From positions 2,426 through 66,425 of the forward strand of contig CBDHDI010000012.1 of the NCBI GenBank assembly GCA_965261685.1: a DNA stretch of 64,000 nt. The letters are read 5' to 3'. Position numbers and translations under genes: made by a program. The notes beneath the pieces are model-generated. The model had not been told where the DNA came from. It was given only the letters and a program-made list of their open reading frames with translations, and made no database searches. The stretch is from Dehalococcoidia bacterium. Lineage in GTDB: Bacteria > Chloroflexota > Dehalococcoidia > UBA2979. Positions 1 to 7,922 of the stretch are shown here, piece by piece; the first letter of the stretch is position 1, and each line of letters starts with the position of its first letter.

Positions 1-1883
1 ATGAAGGCCTGCAGCAGCGAGGTCTGCACGTGCTGCCCGAGCCCGCTGCGCTCGCGCCAGAGCAGCGCCGTCAGCACGCCGTGCACCCCGGCGATGCCCG
101 CACCCACCGAGGCGAGGTCGTAGCCGTAGCGCAGCGGCGGCTCGGCGGCGCGGCCGAGGTGCCGGTTGGAACCGACGACGGCCTGCACGTCCAGCTCGCT
201 CGCGGGCGCTTCCGCCAGCGGCCCCTCGGCGCCCTGCCCGCTGATCGAGAGGTAGACGAGCCGCGGATAGCGCGCCGAGAGCTCCTCGTAGCCGAGGCCG
301 AGGCGCTCCATCACGCCCGGCCGGTAGCCCTCGATCAGCACGTCGGCGCCGGCGAGCAGCCGTTCGAGGACGGCCTTGCCCTCGGCGGTCTTGAGGTCGA
401 GCGCAATGCCGCGCTTGTTGCGGTTGAGCTGCAGGTAGAGCGCGCTCTCCGGCTCGCCGTCCTCGGGCGTGTGGAAGGGGCCAATCTCCCGGATCCAGTC
501 GCCGCCGGGCGGCTCGATCTTGATCACGTCCGCCCCGAGGTCGCCCAGCTGCATCGCGCAAATCGGCCCGGAGACGCCCTGCGAGAGATCGAGTACGCGC
601 AGTCCCGCGAGGGCGGGCGCGGGCGTCGCGTCGCTGTCGACCTCTCCCCGGTTGCTCTGTGCGCCGTTGCTGCGCGCGCCGTTGGTCGCGGTGGGGGCCG
701 GCGCCTGCGCGGCCGCGAGGTCGCCCTCGAGCGCGCCGAGCACCTCCTCGGTGTGCTGACCCTGCGCGGGCGAGGGGCCGGTGATGCGCGCGCGGGTCTT
801 GTCGAAGCGCCACTGCGGCTCCGCCGTGCCCATGTCGCCCCAGGGCGTGTCCATGACGCTGAGGAAGCGCTGCCCGCTCGCCTGCGGATGCGCCAGCAGG
901 CCCTCGATCAGCGGCAGGCCCGTCCGCACCTCGGATGCGGGGACGCGGGCGGCGCGCAGCCGCTCGACCCACTCGGCGGCGGGCCGCTCGGCGAATGCCG
1001 CCTCGATCAGCGGGATCAGCGCCTCGCGGTTCCCGACGCGCAGCGCGTTGCTCGCGAAGCGCGGATCGGCCGCCAGCTCCGGGCGCTCGAGGACCTCGCA
1101 GAGCCGCGTCCAGAGCCGCTGGTTGAGCGCGCTGACGGCCACGTAGCCCTCGGCGGTCGCGAACGACTGGTCCGGCACGATGTTGCTGCGCGCGCTGCCG
1201 AGCCGCGGCGGCGGCTCGCCGCTCGCGAGGTACTCGGCGATGCGCGTGGTCGCGCCGAACATCGTCGACTGCAGCTGCGAGTTCTGGATGCGCAGCCCGC
1301 GCCCGGTGCGCTCGCGCACCCACAGCCCGACGAGCACGCCCTCGAGGTTCACGGCCGCGCCGTTCCAGTCGATCGAGGGCGTCCCGCGCGAGAACTCGGG
1401 CGGTCCGCCGGGCTGGCCGTTGAGGCTGGTCGCGCCGCCCGCGGCCTGCGAGAACCATTCGTTGCTGGTCATGCCGACCATCGGCCCGACCGGGCCGAAG
1501 GCGGAGCTCTGCAGGTAGACGAGGCGCGGGTTGAGTTCGCGCAGGCGATCCCAGCCGAGGCCGAGCCGCTCCATCACGGTGGGCGAGCGGAAGTTCTCGA
1601 CCAGCACGTCGGCCGTGCGGATCAGGTCCTCGGCGCGCGCGAATTCCTCGGGCTGCTTGAGGTCGAGCACGATGCCGCGCTTGCCGAGGTTGTTACCGAG
1701 GAAGGTGTGGCCCATGCCGCGCAGCTCGGGCCGGGTGCGGCGCACCATGTCGCCATCGGGCGACTCCACCTTGATCACGTCGGCGCCGAGCCACGCGAGG
1801 TACTCGGCGGCGACCGGCCCGACGGCGGCCTGCCCGAGATCGAGCACGCGGATGCCGGTCAGCGGCGCTTCGAGTTCGTCCAT
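1..1883 (-). CDS. Family III (CaiB/BaiF-type) CoA-transferase, tandem two-domain fusion; 3' end runs off the window
   Basis: Not in the ORF track because it is open at the window edge. My own translation from ATG (1883-1881) reads MDELEAPLTGIRVLDLGQAAVGPVAAEYLAWLGADVIKVESPDGDMVR. The same frame continues without a stop through the linker AAAQAPAPTATNGARSNGAQSNRGEVDSDATPAPA (about 640-760). It then enters a second CoA-transferase N-terminus, LAGLRVLDLSQGVSGPICAMQLGD. The + ORF 30..2297 is its antisense shadow. Confidence 0.8.
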   Translation of the reverse strand, partial: MDELEAPLTGIRVLDLGQAAVGPVAAEYLAWLGADVIKVESPDGDMVRRTRPELRGMGHTFLGNNLGKRGIVLDLKQPEEFARAEDLIRTADVLVENFRSPTVMERLGLGWDRLRELNPRLVYLQSSAFGPVGPMVGMTSNEWFSQAAGGATSLNGQPGGPPEFSRGTPSIDWNGAAVNLEGVLVGLWVRERTGRGLRIQNSQLQSTMFGATTRIAEYLASGEPPPRLGSARSNIVPDQSFATAEGYVAVSALNQRLWTRLCEVLERPELAADPRFASNALRVGNREALIPLIEAAFAERPAAEWVERLRAARVPASEVRTGLPLIEGLLAHPQASGQRFLSVMDTPWGDMGTAEPQWRFDKTRARITGPSPAQGQHTEEVLGALEGDLAAAQAPAPTATNGARSNGAQSNRGEVDSDATPAPALAGLRVLDLSQGVSGPICAMQLGDLGADVIKIEPPGGDWIREIGPFHTPEDGEPESALYLQLNRNKRGIALDLKTAEGKAVLERLLAGADVLIEGYRPGVMERLGLGYEELSARYPRLVYLSISGQGAEGPLAEAPASELDVQAVVGSNRHLGRAAEPPLRYGYDLASVGAGIAGVHGVLTALLWRERSGLGQHVQTSLLQAF

Positions 1884-2009
1884 GACGCCTCCGGCCGGCC
1901 GGGGAGCCCTCGTGTGCGGCGAGTATACGGCGAGGGGCGCTGGACTCGCAGCGGCGGGGCGCGGCAGCCGCTAGGCTGCCCGTGCGTGGGCGGCGCGGAG
2001 GAGGACGGG

Positions 2010-2446
2010 ATGATCACCTACGTCGACCACATCGGGATCGTGTCGCACAGCCTCGAGCAGGCGGGCGACGTGCTCGTCGAGAAGCTCGGCCTCGCCTGGG
2101 ACATCGAGAGCGCGCCGATGCCCGAGGGCAACTACTTCGCCCCGGAGCGCACGCGCATCTTCTTCGTGCGGGTCGGCCTCGGCGAGACGAAGATCGAGAT
2201 CCTGCTGCCCGACGACGCCGAGAGCGGCATCGGCCGCTACCTCGAGCGCCGCGGGCCCCGGGGCTGCACCACATCGGCTACGGCAGCGACAACGTGATCG
2301 CCGACACGAAGCAGTTCATCGACAACGGCCTGCGCTACATGGACTTCGGCGAGCCGATCGAGGACATCACGGCCTCGTTATTCCACCCCAACTCGGCCAA
2401 CGGCATCCTCACCGAGATCGTCCGCGACCTCCGCCCGGTCCGCTGA
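2010..2446 (+). pseudogene. VOC-family / methylmalonyl-CoA epimerase-like gene, frameshifted copy 1 of a tandem duplication
   Basis: MITYVDHIGIVSHSLEQAGDVLVEKLGLAWDIE...RYLERRGP is read in the frame of ORF 30..2297. The homologous C-terminus (GLHHIGYGSDNVIADTKQFIDNGLRYMDFGEPIEDITASLFHP...) sits in the frame of ORF 1982..2446. Copy 1 reads gggccccggggctg where copy 2 reads gggcccgggctg, a +2 nt difference near 2256-2263. Confidence 0.8.
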
Positions 2447-2478
2447 TCGAGGGCGGGTGCGCGCAGTAGACTCCGCCC

Positions 2479-2562
2479 ATGCCCGACCGCTCGAACCTCG
2501 GAGCCTCGATCGCGCGCCTCGCGACGATTGATCGCTCGCGAGGAGTCGAGCCGGCGGAGTAG
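2479..2562 (+). other. 27-codon relic ORF (MPDRSNLGASIARLATIDRSRGVEPAE) resembling the fused start of the 3145 gene and end of the 5714..6295 gene
   Basis: The preceding gtagactccgc.catgcc.gac matches the context of the ATG at 3145. The ending gcggagtag plus the following 30 nt match 6287..6318. Probably a deletion scar rather than a functional gene. Confidence 0.35.
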
Positions 2563-2661
2563 CGAGGCGGGGCGGTGGACTGGGTGCGCGGTGTGCGAGG
2601 TGGGCGGCAACCCGTAGTCTTCGCATGCGCCCCGTCGGCGAGGAGCGCGGAGGAAGACGGG

Positions 2662-3096
2662 ATGATCACCTACGTCGATCACATCGGGATCGTGTCGCAC
2701 AGCCTCGAGCAGGCCGGCGACGTGCTCGTCGAGAAGCTCGGCCTCGCCTGGGACATCGAGCGCGCCCGGATGCCCGAGGGCAACTACTTCGCCCCGGAGC
2801 GCACGCGCATCTTCTTCGTGCGGGTCGGCCTCGGCGAGACGAAGATCGAGATCCTGCTGCCCGACGACGCCGAGAGCGGCATCGGCCGCTACCTCGAGCG
2901 CCGCGGGCCCGGGCTGCACCACATCGGCTACGGCAGCGACAACGTGATCGCCGACACGAAGCAGTTCATCGACAACGGCCTGCGCTACATCGACTTCGGT
3001 GAGCCGATCGAGGACATCACCGCCTCGTTCTTCCACCCCAGCTCGGCCAACGGCATCCTCACCGAGATCGTCCGCGACCGGCGGCCGGTCCCCTGA
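2662..3096 (+). CDS. VOC-family protein, methylmalonyl-CoA epimerase-like (intact copy 2)
   Basis: Internal ATG of ORF 2575..3096, preceded by ggaggaagacggg. The 144-aa product has the VOC pattern VDHIGIV...ETKIEILLP...GPGLHHIGYGSDNV... Confidence 0.85.
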   Translation: MITYVDHIGIVSHSLEQAGDVLVEKLGLAWDIERARMPEGNYFAPERTRIFFVRVGLGETKIEILLPDDAESGIGRYLERRGPGLHHIGYGSDNVIADTKQFIDNGLRYIDFGEPIEDITASFFHPSSANGILTEIVRDRRPVP

Positions 3097-3144
3097 TCGA
3101 GGTGCGCGCCCGCCGAGCGGCGCATAGGCGGTAGACTCCGCGCC

Positions 3145-3830
3145 ATGCCGGACTTGGTGGACCACATTGCGCGTATCGCGGAGGACGAAGCGCTTCCGCA
3201 GCGCGTTGAGGAGGCCGCCCGCCAGACAGCGGTCCTTCCCGTCCTCGACGCGCTCGGGTGGGACTGCTGGGATGGCAACCGAGGTAACGCCGGAGTTCGA
3301 GATGCGCGGCGGTCGCGTGGACTACTGCCTTCAGGTTCCTGGCCAGCGCCTCGTCCTGATCGAGGTGAAGCGCACCGGCACGGACCTGACCGGACACCAG
3401 GAGCAACTCCTGCGCTACGCCTTCGACGAGGGCGTGCCGCTCGCCGCCCTCACCGACGGCCGTGTCTGGTGGCTCTACCTGTCCACGGCAGCCGGCAACT
3501 GGGAGCAGCGCCGGTTCTTCAGCATCGACTTCCGCCAGCAGGGGGCCGCCGCCGCCCTCGAACGCTTCCTGAGCCGCGAAGGCGTGGCGAGCGGTACCGC
3601 GCTGCGAGAGGCGCAGCGGGAGTTCGAGAGCCAGGAACGCGATCGGCGCGTACGCGCGGCGTTGCAGGATGCGTGGAAGCAAGTGCTCGGCGGCCCCGAC
3701 GGGCTGCTGCGCGATCTGCTCGCCGAGACGGTGAAGGAGATATCCGGCCACCAACCCGACCCGGAAACGGTCGCTGGGTTTCTACAGGGGATATCGGGCC
3801 GCTCCGCCCCCGGCGCCAGCACCGTCACGT
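3145..3830 (+). pseudogene. HsdR_N-like PD-(D/E)xK nuclease-fold protein, apparent frameshift; 3' end uncertain
   Basis: Frame 1 from ATG 3145 gives MPDLVDHIARIAEDEALPQRVEEAARQTAVLPVLDALGWDCWDG. Homology continues in frame 2 (ORF 3167..4096): EVTPEFEMRGGRVDYCLQVPGQRLVLIEVKRTGTDLTGHQEQLLRYAFDEGVPLAALTDGRVWWLY. The frame switch lies near 3275-3285. Alternatively the gene is shorter and starts at ATG 3272. Confidence 0.55.
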
Positions 3831-3914
3831 GGATCGCCCGCGCGTGTGCATCCATCCCTGCATATGTGGGAGTCATCTTCCTGACCGGCTCCTTTCGCAT
3901 GCGGCTCTGCATGC

Positions 3915-3938
3915 CTCGCGTCTGTAACGCGCGAGTTT
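3915..3938 (+). terminator. Candidate hairpin terminator between convergent genes
   Basis: ctcgcg (3915-3920) pairs with cgcgag (3930-3935) and is followed by ttt. It is preceded by the gcatgc...gcatgc palindromic pair. The local GC dip is consistent with intergenic DNA. Confidence 0.35.
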
Positions 3939-3968
3939 GCGAACTCGGAGCCGGTCACTCCATACGGT

Positions 3969-4664
3969 CTAGAGACGGTTCGGGTTGGTCCAGTGGGCCT
4001 CGTCGTGGATGGCGAGGAGGTCTTCGCGTGGAGTGTTCGCGAGGGTGGGGATGGGCCAGGCGGGGTCGGGGCGCCAGTCGCGTATGTCGTCGGTGAAGGG
4101 CCAGGCGCCACGCTCGATGTCGGCGATGGCGGCTTCACCGTCGGCGCGGGCGCGCTCGGCGACGGCCTCGGAGATCAGGCCGTGCTCGAGCACTCGCTCC
4201 AGTTCGTCCTCGTCCTTCCAGCGCCAGTGGCGATCGGCGTCCGCGACGACGTCGAGCCAGAGGTCGCGCACATCGAAGCCGAGGGGTGTGCGGCGGAAGG
4301 GCTCCTCAAGGTTCACGTACCAGCCGAGGAACTCCCAGTTGGGTGTCCACCAGACCCAGGTCGCGCGCCACTGGCCCGGGACCATGAGCATGAGCATGTT
4401 CCAGCGTTCCCAGACGCTATCGACCAGCTTGTATTCGCCTTCGAGCAAGGGGCGCGGCTGTCCCGGGACGATCGGCAGCGAGAGTACTGTGGGCGTGCCT
4501 GCCGGTAGCCAGAGCGAAACGAACTCGGCGGTGTCCTGGACGACGACCATCGGCTTCACGTCGCAGATGACGGGTGCGTATTCGCCACTCTCGACGACGA
4601 AGGGGCTGCGGTGGAGGATCGGCTGACCGCGCTGAAAGCGGGCTGGCTCGCCGGACTTGGCCAT
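3969..4664 (-). CDS. DUF402 domain protein (FomD / nucleoside-diphosphatase-like fold)
   Basis: 231-aa ORF with the pattern GWYVNLEEPFRRTPLGFDVRDLWLDVVADADRHWRWKDEDELE typical of DUF402. Confidence 0.75.
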   Translation of the reverse strand: MAKSGEPARFQRGQPILHRSPFVVESGEYAPVICDVKPMVVVQDTAEFVSLWLPAGTPTVLSLPIVPGQPRPLLEGEYKLVDSVWERWNMLMLMVPGQWRATWVWWTPNWEFLGWYVNLEEPFRRTPLGFDVRDLWLDVVADADRHWRWKDEDELERVLEHGLISEAVAERARADGEAAIADIERGAWPFTDDIRDWRPDPAWPIPTLANTPREDLLAIHDEAHWTNPNRL

Positions 4665-4721
4665 GGGGGCATGGTAGCAGTCGGAGGGGCTTGCCTGCTA
4701 GAATTTCCGGCCCATGAAACC

Positions 4722-4944
4722 ATGACGACCGAAGCAGGAGAGCGCCACTTCCGCTACCTGATGCCCGTGGCCGTGATCTTCGCGGGGGCGCTGATCGTCT
4801 CCAACATCATCGCGATCAAGGTGGTGGATATTTCGGGAATGGTGGGGGGCTGGTTCGACTAATTCCAGCCCGCTTCGATCATCGTCTTCCCGATCTCCTA
4901 CATCATCGGCGACATCCTGACGGAGGTGTACGGCTACGCCACGG
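4722..4944 (+). pseudogene. yhhQ: Queuosine-precursor transporter (YhhQ / VUT, DUF165) 5' fragment with in-frame TAA, truncated
   Basis: MTTEAGERHFRYLMPVAVIFAGALIVSNIIAIKVVDISGMVGGWFD is followed by TAA (4860-4862). The same frame then reads FQPASIIVFPISYIIGDILTEVYGYATAR. Homology ends where the recombinase fragment begins. Confidence 0.7.
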
Positions 4945-5488
4945 CGCGCTCCTCGTCGACTGCGGGCGTGCCGTCGTCGCGCACGCAGTAGCCGTCGGGG
5001 ACGTTGCTCACCGGGATGCGTCCCTGCTTGGCGGCGCCGCGCTTGCCCATGGAGGCGCGCTCGCGGAAGTTGTCGAGTTCGATCTTACCGATCGCGGCCA
5101 TCAGGCCGAACGTCTTCATGTCGATCGCGTCCATGACCGCCTCGAGACCGATGCGGTGCGCCTCGACGACCTCCATGAGGGCGGCGGCTGGGTACATGCC
5201 GCGGCTGAGGCGGTCCGACTTCCAGCAGACGACGGTGTCGAAACGCCCCGCGGCGGCGTCGGCGAGCATGCGCTGGAACTCGGGGCGCTTCTTCGACCAG
5301 CCGCGGCCGACCTCCTGGTAGCGGGCGGTGATGGTGAGCCCGCGCTGCTCGCAGTAGGCCTCCATGTCGCTGAGTTGCTCGGCGATCGAGGTCTTGTCGT
5401 CTTCGGCCTGGCTCTTGTCGGAAACGCGCGCGTAGATGGCGGCGCGGCGGCCCTTGGGCCGCTGGAGTGGTGTTCTGGTTCCCGGCAT
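4934..5488 (-). pseudogene. Large serine recombinase, N-terminal resolvase domain only (C-terminally truncated)
   Basis: Start is ATG 5488, preceded by gaggaggcagcc. The sequence reads MPGTRTPLQRPKGRRAAIYARVSDKSQAEDDKTSIAEQ...CWKSDRLSRG...ELDNFRERASMGKRGAAKQGRIPVSNVPDGYCVRDDGTPAVDEERAVA then stop. It ends inside the conserved P.GY...vdeeEA motif. Full-length relatives are about 450-550 aa. Confidence 0.75.
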
Positions 5489-5499
5489 GGCTGCCTCCT

Positions 5500-5537
5500 C
5501 TGAATACAAACAGACCCGCCTCCTGCGGGGGCGGGTC
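5500..5537 (-). terminator. Rho-independent-type terminator immediately upstream of the recombinase RBS
   Basis: gacccgcc (5513-5520) and ggcgggtc (5530-5537) form an 8-bp GC stem. On the minus strand this is followed by tgtttgtattc. Confidence 0.45.
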
Positions 5538-5713
5538 CGCGAGCGGTAGCATGCGGCTCGCATCACCTATCCCGCAGGTGGCGCCACGGCCCGGGGTGTT
5601 GACGCACCGCCGGACCGCCTTCTCCTCCGGCGACCCCCGCACCCGCGCGGCAGGAGCAGACAGAAGAGGAGAGAGGCTCATCCCGCCAATCGGCGGCTGA
5701 TCTCGCAGTCGCA

Positions 5714-6295
5714 TTGCTCGAAGAGGTAGGCGCACCGCTCCACTACCGCGAAATCGAGCGACAACTGCGCGAGCGTGGTGAGTTGGAGTCGGGTGCCACG
5801 AATCCGGCTAGTTCACTGCTTGCGAGCTTCAGCCGAGATCCGCGGCTACAGCGGACCGGACGGGGTATCTACGATCTCCTTGCGAGGAGCGAACCCGCAG
5901 CGGATTCAAGGAGTCGGGAACGCCCCGCTGAGACATCCAACACTGAGAGCCACGGCGGACAGCGGGACTACAAAGGCAAGCAGGTGGCGGCGTTCTGGCT
6001 CGATGGCGAACGCTACGAGGTCAGAAGTTGGCCGCAGCTGGTCCAGGCGCTCAGCGATCGGCTGGTGAACGAGACAGGGGCGGCGTTCTCCGAACGCGTC
6101 GCCAACGTACGAGGCCGGACCCGCGCGTACTTCAGCGAGCAGCCCGACGATTTAACTCATCCCCGGAAACTCACGAACTCCAACCTCTATGTTGAGGGAA
6201 ATCTTGGCCCCGACCGGGCGGCGCGCCTCGCTCGCCGCGTGTTGACGGCAGTCCGCGGCACCGACGACGGCTTCCGGGTCGAACTCGCGGAGTAG
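5714..6295 (+). CDS. Hypothetical protein, N-terminal HARE-HTH-like winged helix (possibly 5'-truncated; TTG start)
   Basis: LEEVGAPLHYREIERQLRERGELESGATNPASSLLASFSRDPRLQRTGRGIYDLL resembles HARE-HTH. I did not recognise the C-terminal half. GC is lower than the core genes. Confidence 0.4.
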   Translation: MLEEVGAPLHYREIERQLRERGELESGATNPASSLLASFSRDPRLQRTGRGIYDLLARSEPAADSRSRERPAETSNTESHGGQRDYKGKQVAAFWLDGERYEVRSWPQLVQALSDRLVNETGAAFSERVANVRGRTRAYFSEQPDDLTHPRKLTNSNLYVEGNLGPDRAARLARRVLTAVRGTDDGFRVELAE

Positions 6296-6308
6296 CGAAG
6301 GCGCGGCG

Positions 6309-6475
6309 GTGGACTGGGGCGATACGGCGGAGCAGGCCGCGTTCCGCGCCGAGGTGCGTGCGTTCGTCGAGGCGCGGCTGCCCGAGCGCTACAAGCACGA
6401 CCCCTTCGACAGCGGCGAGCACGGAGCTGGGGCAACGCAGATGCGCGGCAGAACGCCGCGCTTGGCCCGCCCGCG
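6309..6475 (+). pseudogene. Acyl-CoA dehydrogenase 5' fragment
   Basis: VDWGDTAEQAAFRAEVRAFVEARLPERY parallels the N-terminus of the intact ACAD at 30682..31908 (MDWEDTEQQAAFRAEVRTLIEERLPEWY). It degenerates and stops at the 3' end of the MFS gene. Confidence 0.7.
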
Positions 6476-7744
6476 CTACTGCATGTCGCGCAGGCGCGGG
6501 ACGAAGGCGTAGACGACGAGCGCTACCACCACGAGCAGCAGGGAGAAGCTGCCGAGGCCGACCTGCGGGCCCACGAACTCGGCGATCAGGCCGACGGCGA
6601 AGGCGCCGAGGGCCATCGTCCCGACCTGCATCATGAAGACGCTCGCGACGCGGCCGCGGTAGGCGTTCTCCACGTGCGTGTGAAGCAGCACGTTGTTGAG
6701 CGCCTGCCTCCCCGCCTCGCCGACCCCGACGACGACCATGATGGCGAGCGACAGGAGGTACGTCGAAGAGGCGGAGAACGCCGTCAGCCCCAGGCCGGCC
6801 ACCACCACGCTCAGCAGCAGCAGCTTTCCGCGCCGCCTCGGCGCCAGCGAGGCGAGGGCGAGCGCTCCGATCAAAGACCCGAGACCTGCCACGCTCATCA
6901 CCAGGCCGAGTTGCGCCGCACCCCCGTCGAGCACGTCGGCTACGAACCCCGGCATGAGGCGGATGTAGGGCATTCCGAGGAACGAGGTCGCGAAGCTCAG
7001 GGACAGCAGCAGGAACATCGTGGGTGTCCGGAGGATGTAGGCCACGCCCTCCCGAAGCTCCTCGATGGAGCTCGGGGCGCCCTGCGGTCTCGCAGCCGGC
7101 TCGCGCTTCGGCACGCGGGCGAGCAGGACGACGGAGAGCAGGAACAGCGCGGTCATCAGTGTGTAGACCCACTCCGCGCCGACGATCGCGAGCATGACCC
7201 CGGCGAGCGTCGGTCCGAACAGCCGCATGCTGTTCATGCCCGCCATGTTCAGCGAGACGGCGTTCTGCAATCGGGCGATGCCCACCAGCTCCGCGGGCAT
7301 CGACTGCAAGGCCGGGAACATCACCCCGCTGGTTGCTCCGTGCGCGACTGCCGCGACCAGCAGGTGCTCGTAGCGCAGCATGTCCGCAAAGAGCAGCGCC
7401 GCCACTGCGGCCGTGGTCACCGAGGCCGTGGCCTGTGCCGTCTGCAGCAGCACTCGCTTGGAGCGCCGGTCGGCCAGCACGCCTCCGTAGAGGGAGAATC
7501 CGAGCATCGTCACGGCCTGGAACAGCGCCATCGTGCCGAGCGCCGCGTACGACCCGGTCAGCTCGTAGACGAGGTAGCCGCGCGCGAGCATCTGCATGTT
7601 CATCGTCGCGTTCAGACTGAGCGCCGCGATGAAGAACCAGCGGAAATCGCGGTCGTGCAGCGAGTCGAAGGTGCGCGCCGAAGTCAGGCCGCCGATCAGG
7701 CGCGAGGTCGCCGTGGGCCGTTCGGCGCGCGCGTGCAGGCGCAC
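6476..7744 (-). CDS. MFS transporter (EntS/MFS_3-like), tandem paralogue 1
   Basis: 422 aa and multi-TM. N-terminus reads ...TSARTFDSLHDRDFRWFFIAALS...GGVLADRRSKR. Confidence 0.85.
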   Translation of the reverse strand: MRLHARAERPTATSRLIGGLTSARTFDSLHDRDFRWFFIAALSLNATMNMQMLARGYLVYELTGSYAALGTMALFQAVTMLGFSLYGGVLADRRSKRVLLQTAQATASVTTAAVAALLFADMLRYEHLLVAAVAHGATSGVMFPALQSMPAELVGIARLQNAVSLNMAGMNSMRLFGPTLAGVMLAIVGAEWVYTLMTALFLLSVVLLARVPKREPAARPQGAPSSIEELREGVAYILRTPTMFLLLSLSFATSFLGMPYIRLMPGFVADVLDGGAAQLGLVMSVAGLGSLIGALALASLAPRRRGKLLLLSVVVAGLGLTAFSASSTYLLSLAIMVVVGVGEAGRQALNNVLLHTHVENAYRGRVASVFMMQVGTMALGAFAVGLIAEFVGPQVGLGSFSLLLVVVALVVYAFVPRLRDMQ

Positions 7745-7922
7745 GCCCCCTCGCGAGGGCGCATCCTCACGGTCGTCATCGCGGCGCGGTGTAGTCGTCG
7801 GCGTGTTCCCTCGCGGGCGGCGGGCGACCGGGTTCCGCCATCGCCACCCCCGTCGTCCTCGAGGATTCGAAGCGGCCTCTAGCCTAGCGCAGCCGCACCC
7901 CCGGCGAAGCGGGACGGGTGTG

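Noticed and set aside
30-2297. Very long ORFs in the track with Arg/Ala/Gly/Pro-rich, low-complexity translations. Examples: 30..2297 +, 6171..7172 -, 7596..9836 +, 12463..14691 -, 18166..19779 +, 21976..24021 -, 24061..25848 -, 33799..35733 -, 33945..36581 +, 36238..38502 +, 42253..44559 +, 57734..59005 -, 58999..61698 -, 61545..63056 -.
   Set aside because: Each is antisense to, or out of frame with, a gene that has a clear family signature. Stop codons are rare in non-coding frames of ~70% G+C DNA, and the translations show no recognisable domains.
2256-3285. Treating the frameshifts (VOC copy 1 near 2256-2263, nuclease gene near 3275-3285, brnA near 53245) as programmed frameshifting.
   Set aside because: No slippery heptamer or downstream structure is evident. 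The gene context (duplicates, eroded island, decayed TA) fits pseudogenisation or sequencing error better.
4665-4721. Possible preQ1 riboswitch upstream of the yhhQ-like fragment, since queuosine-precursor transporters are often preQ1-regulated.
   Set aside because: I could not find the small hairpin plus A-rich tail characteristic of preQ1-I/II in this 57-nt leader. It would need a covariance-model scan to settle.
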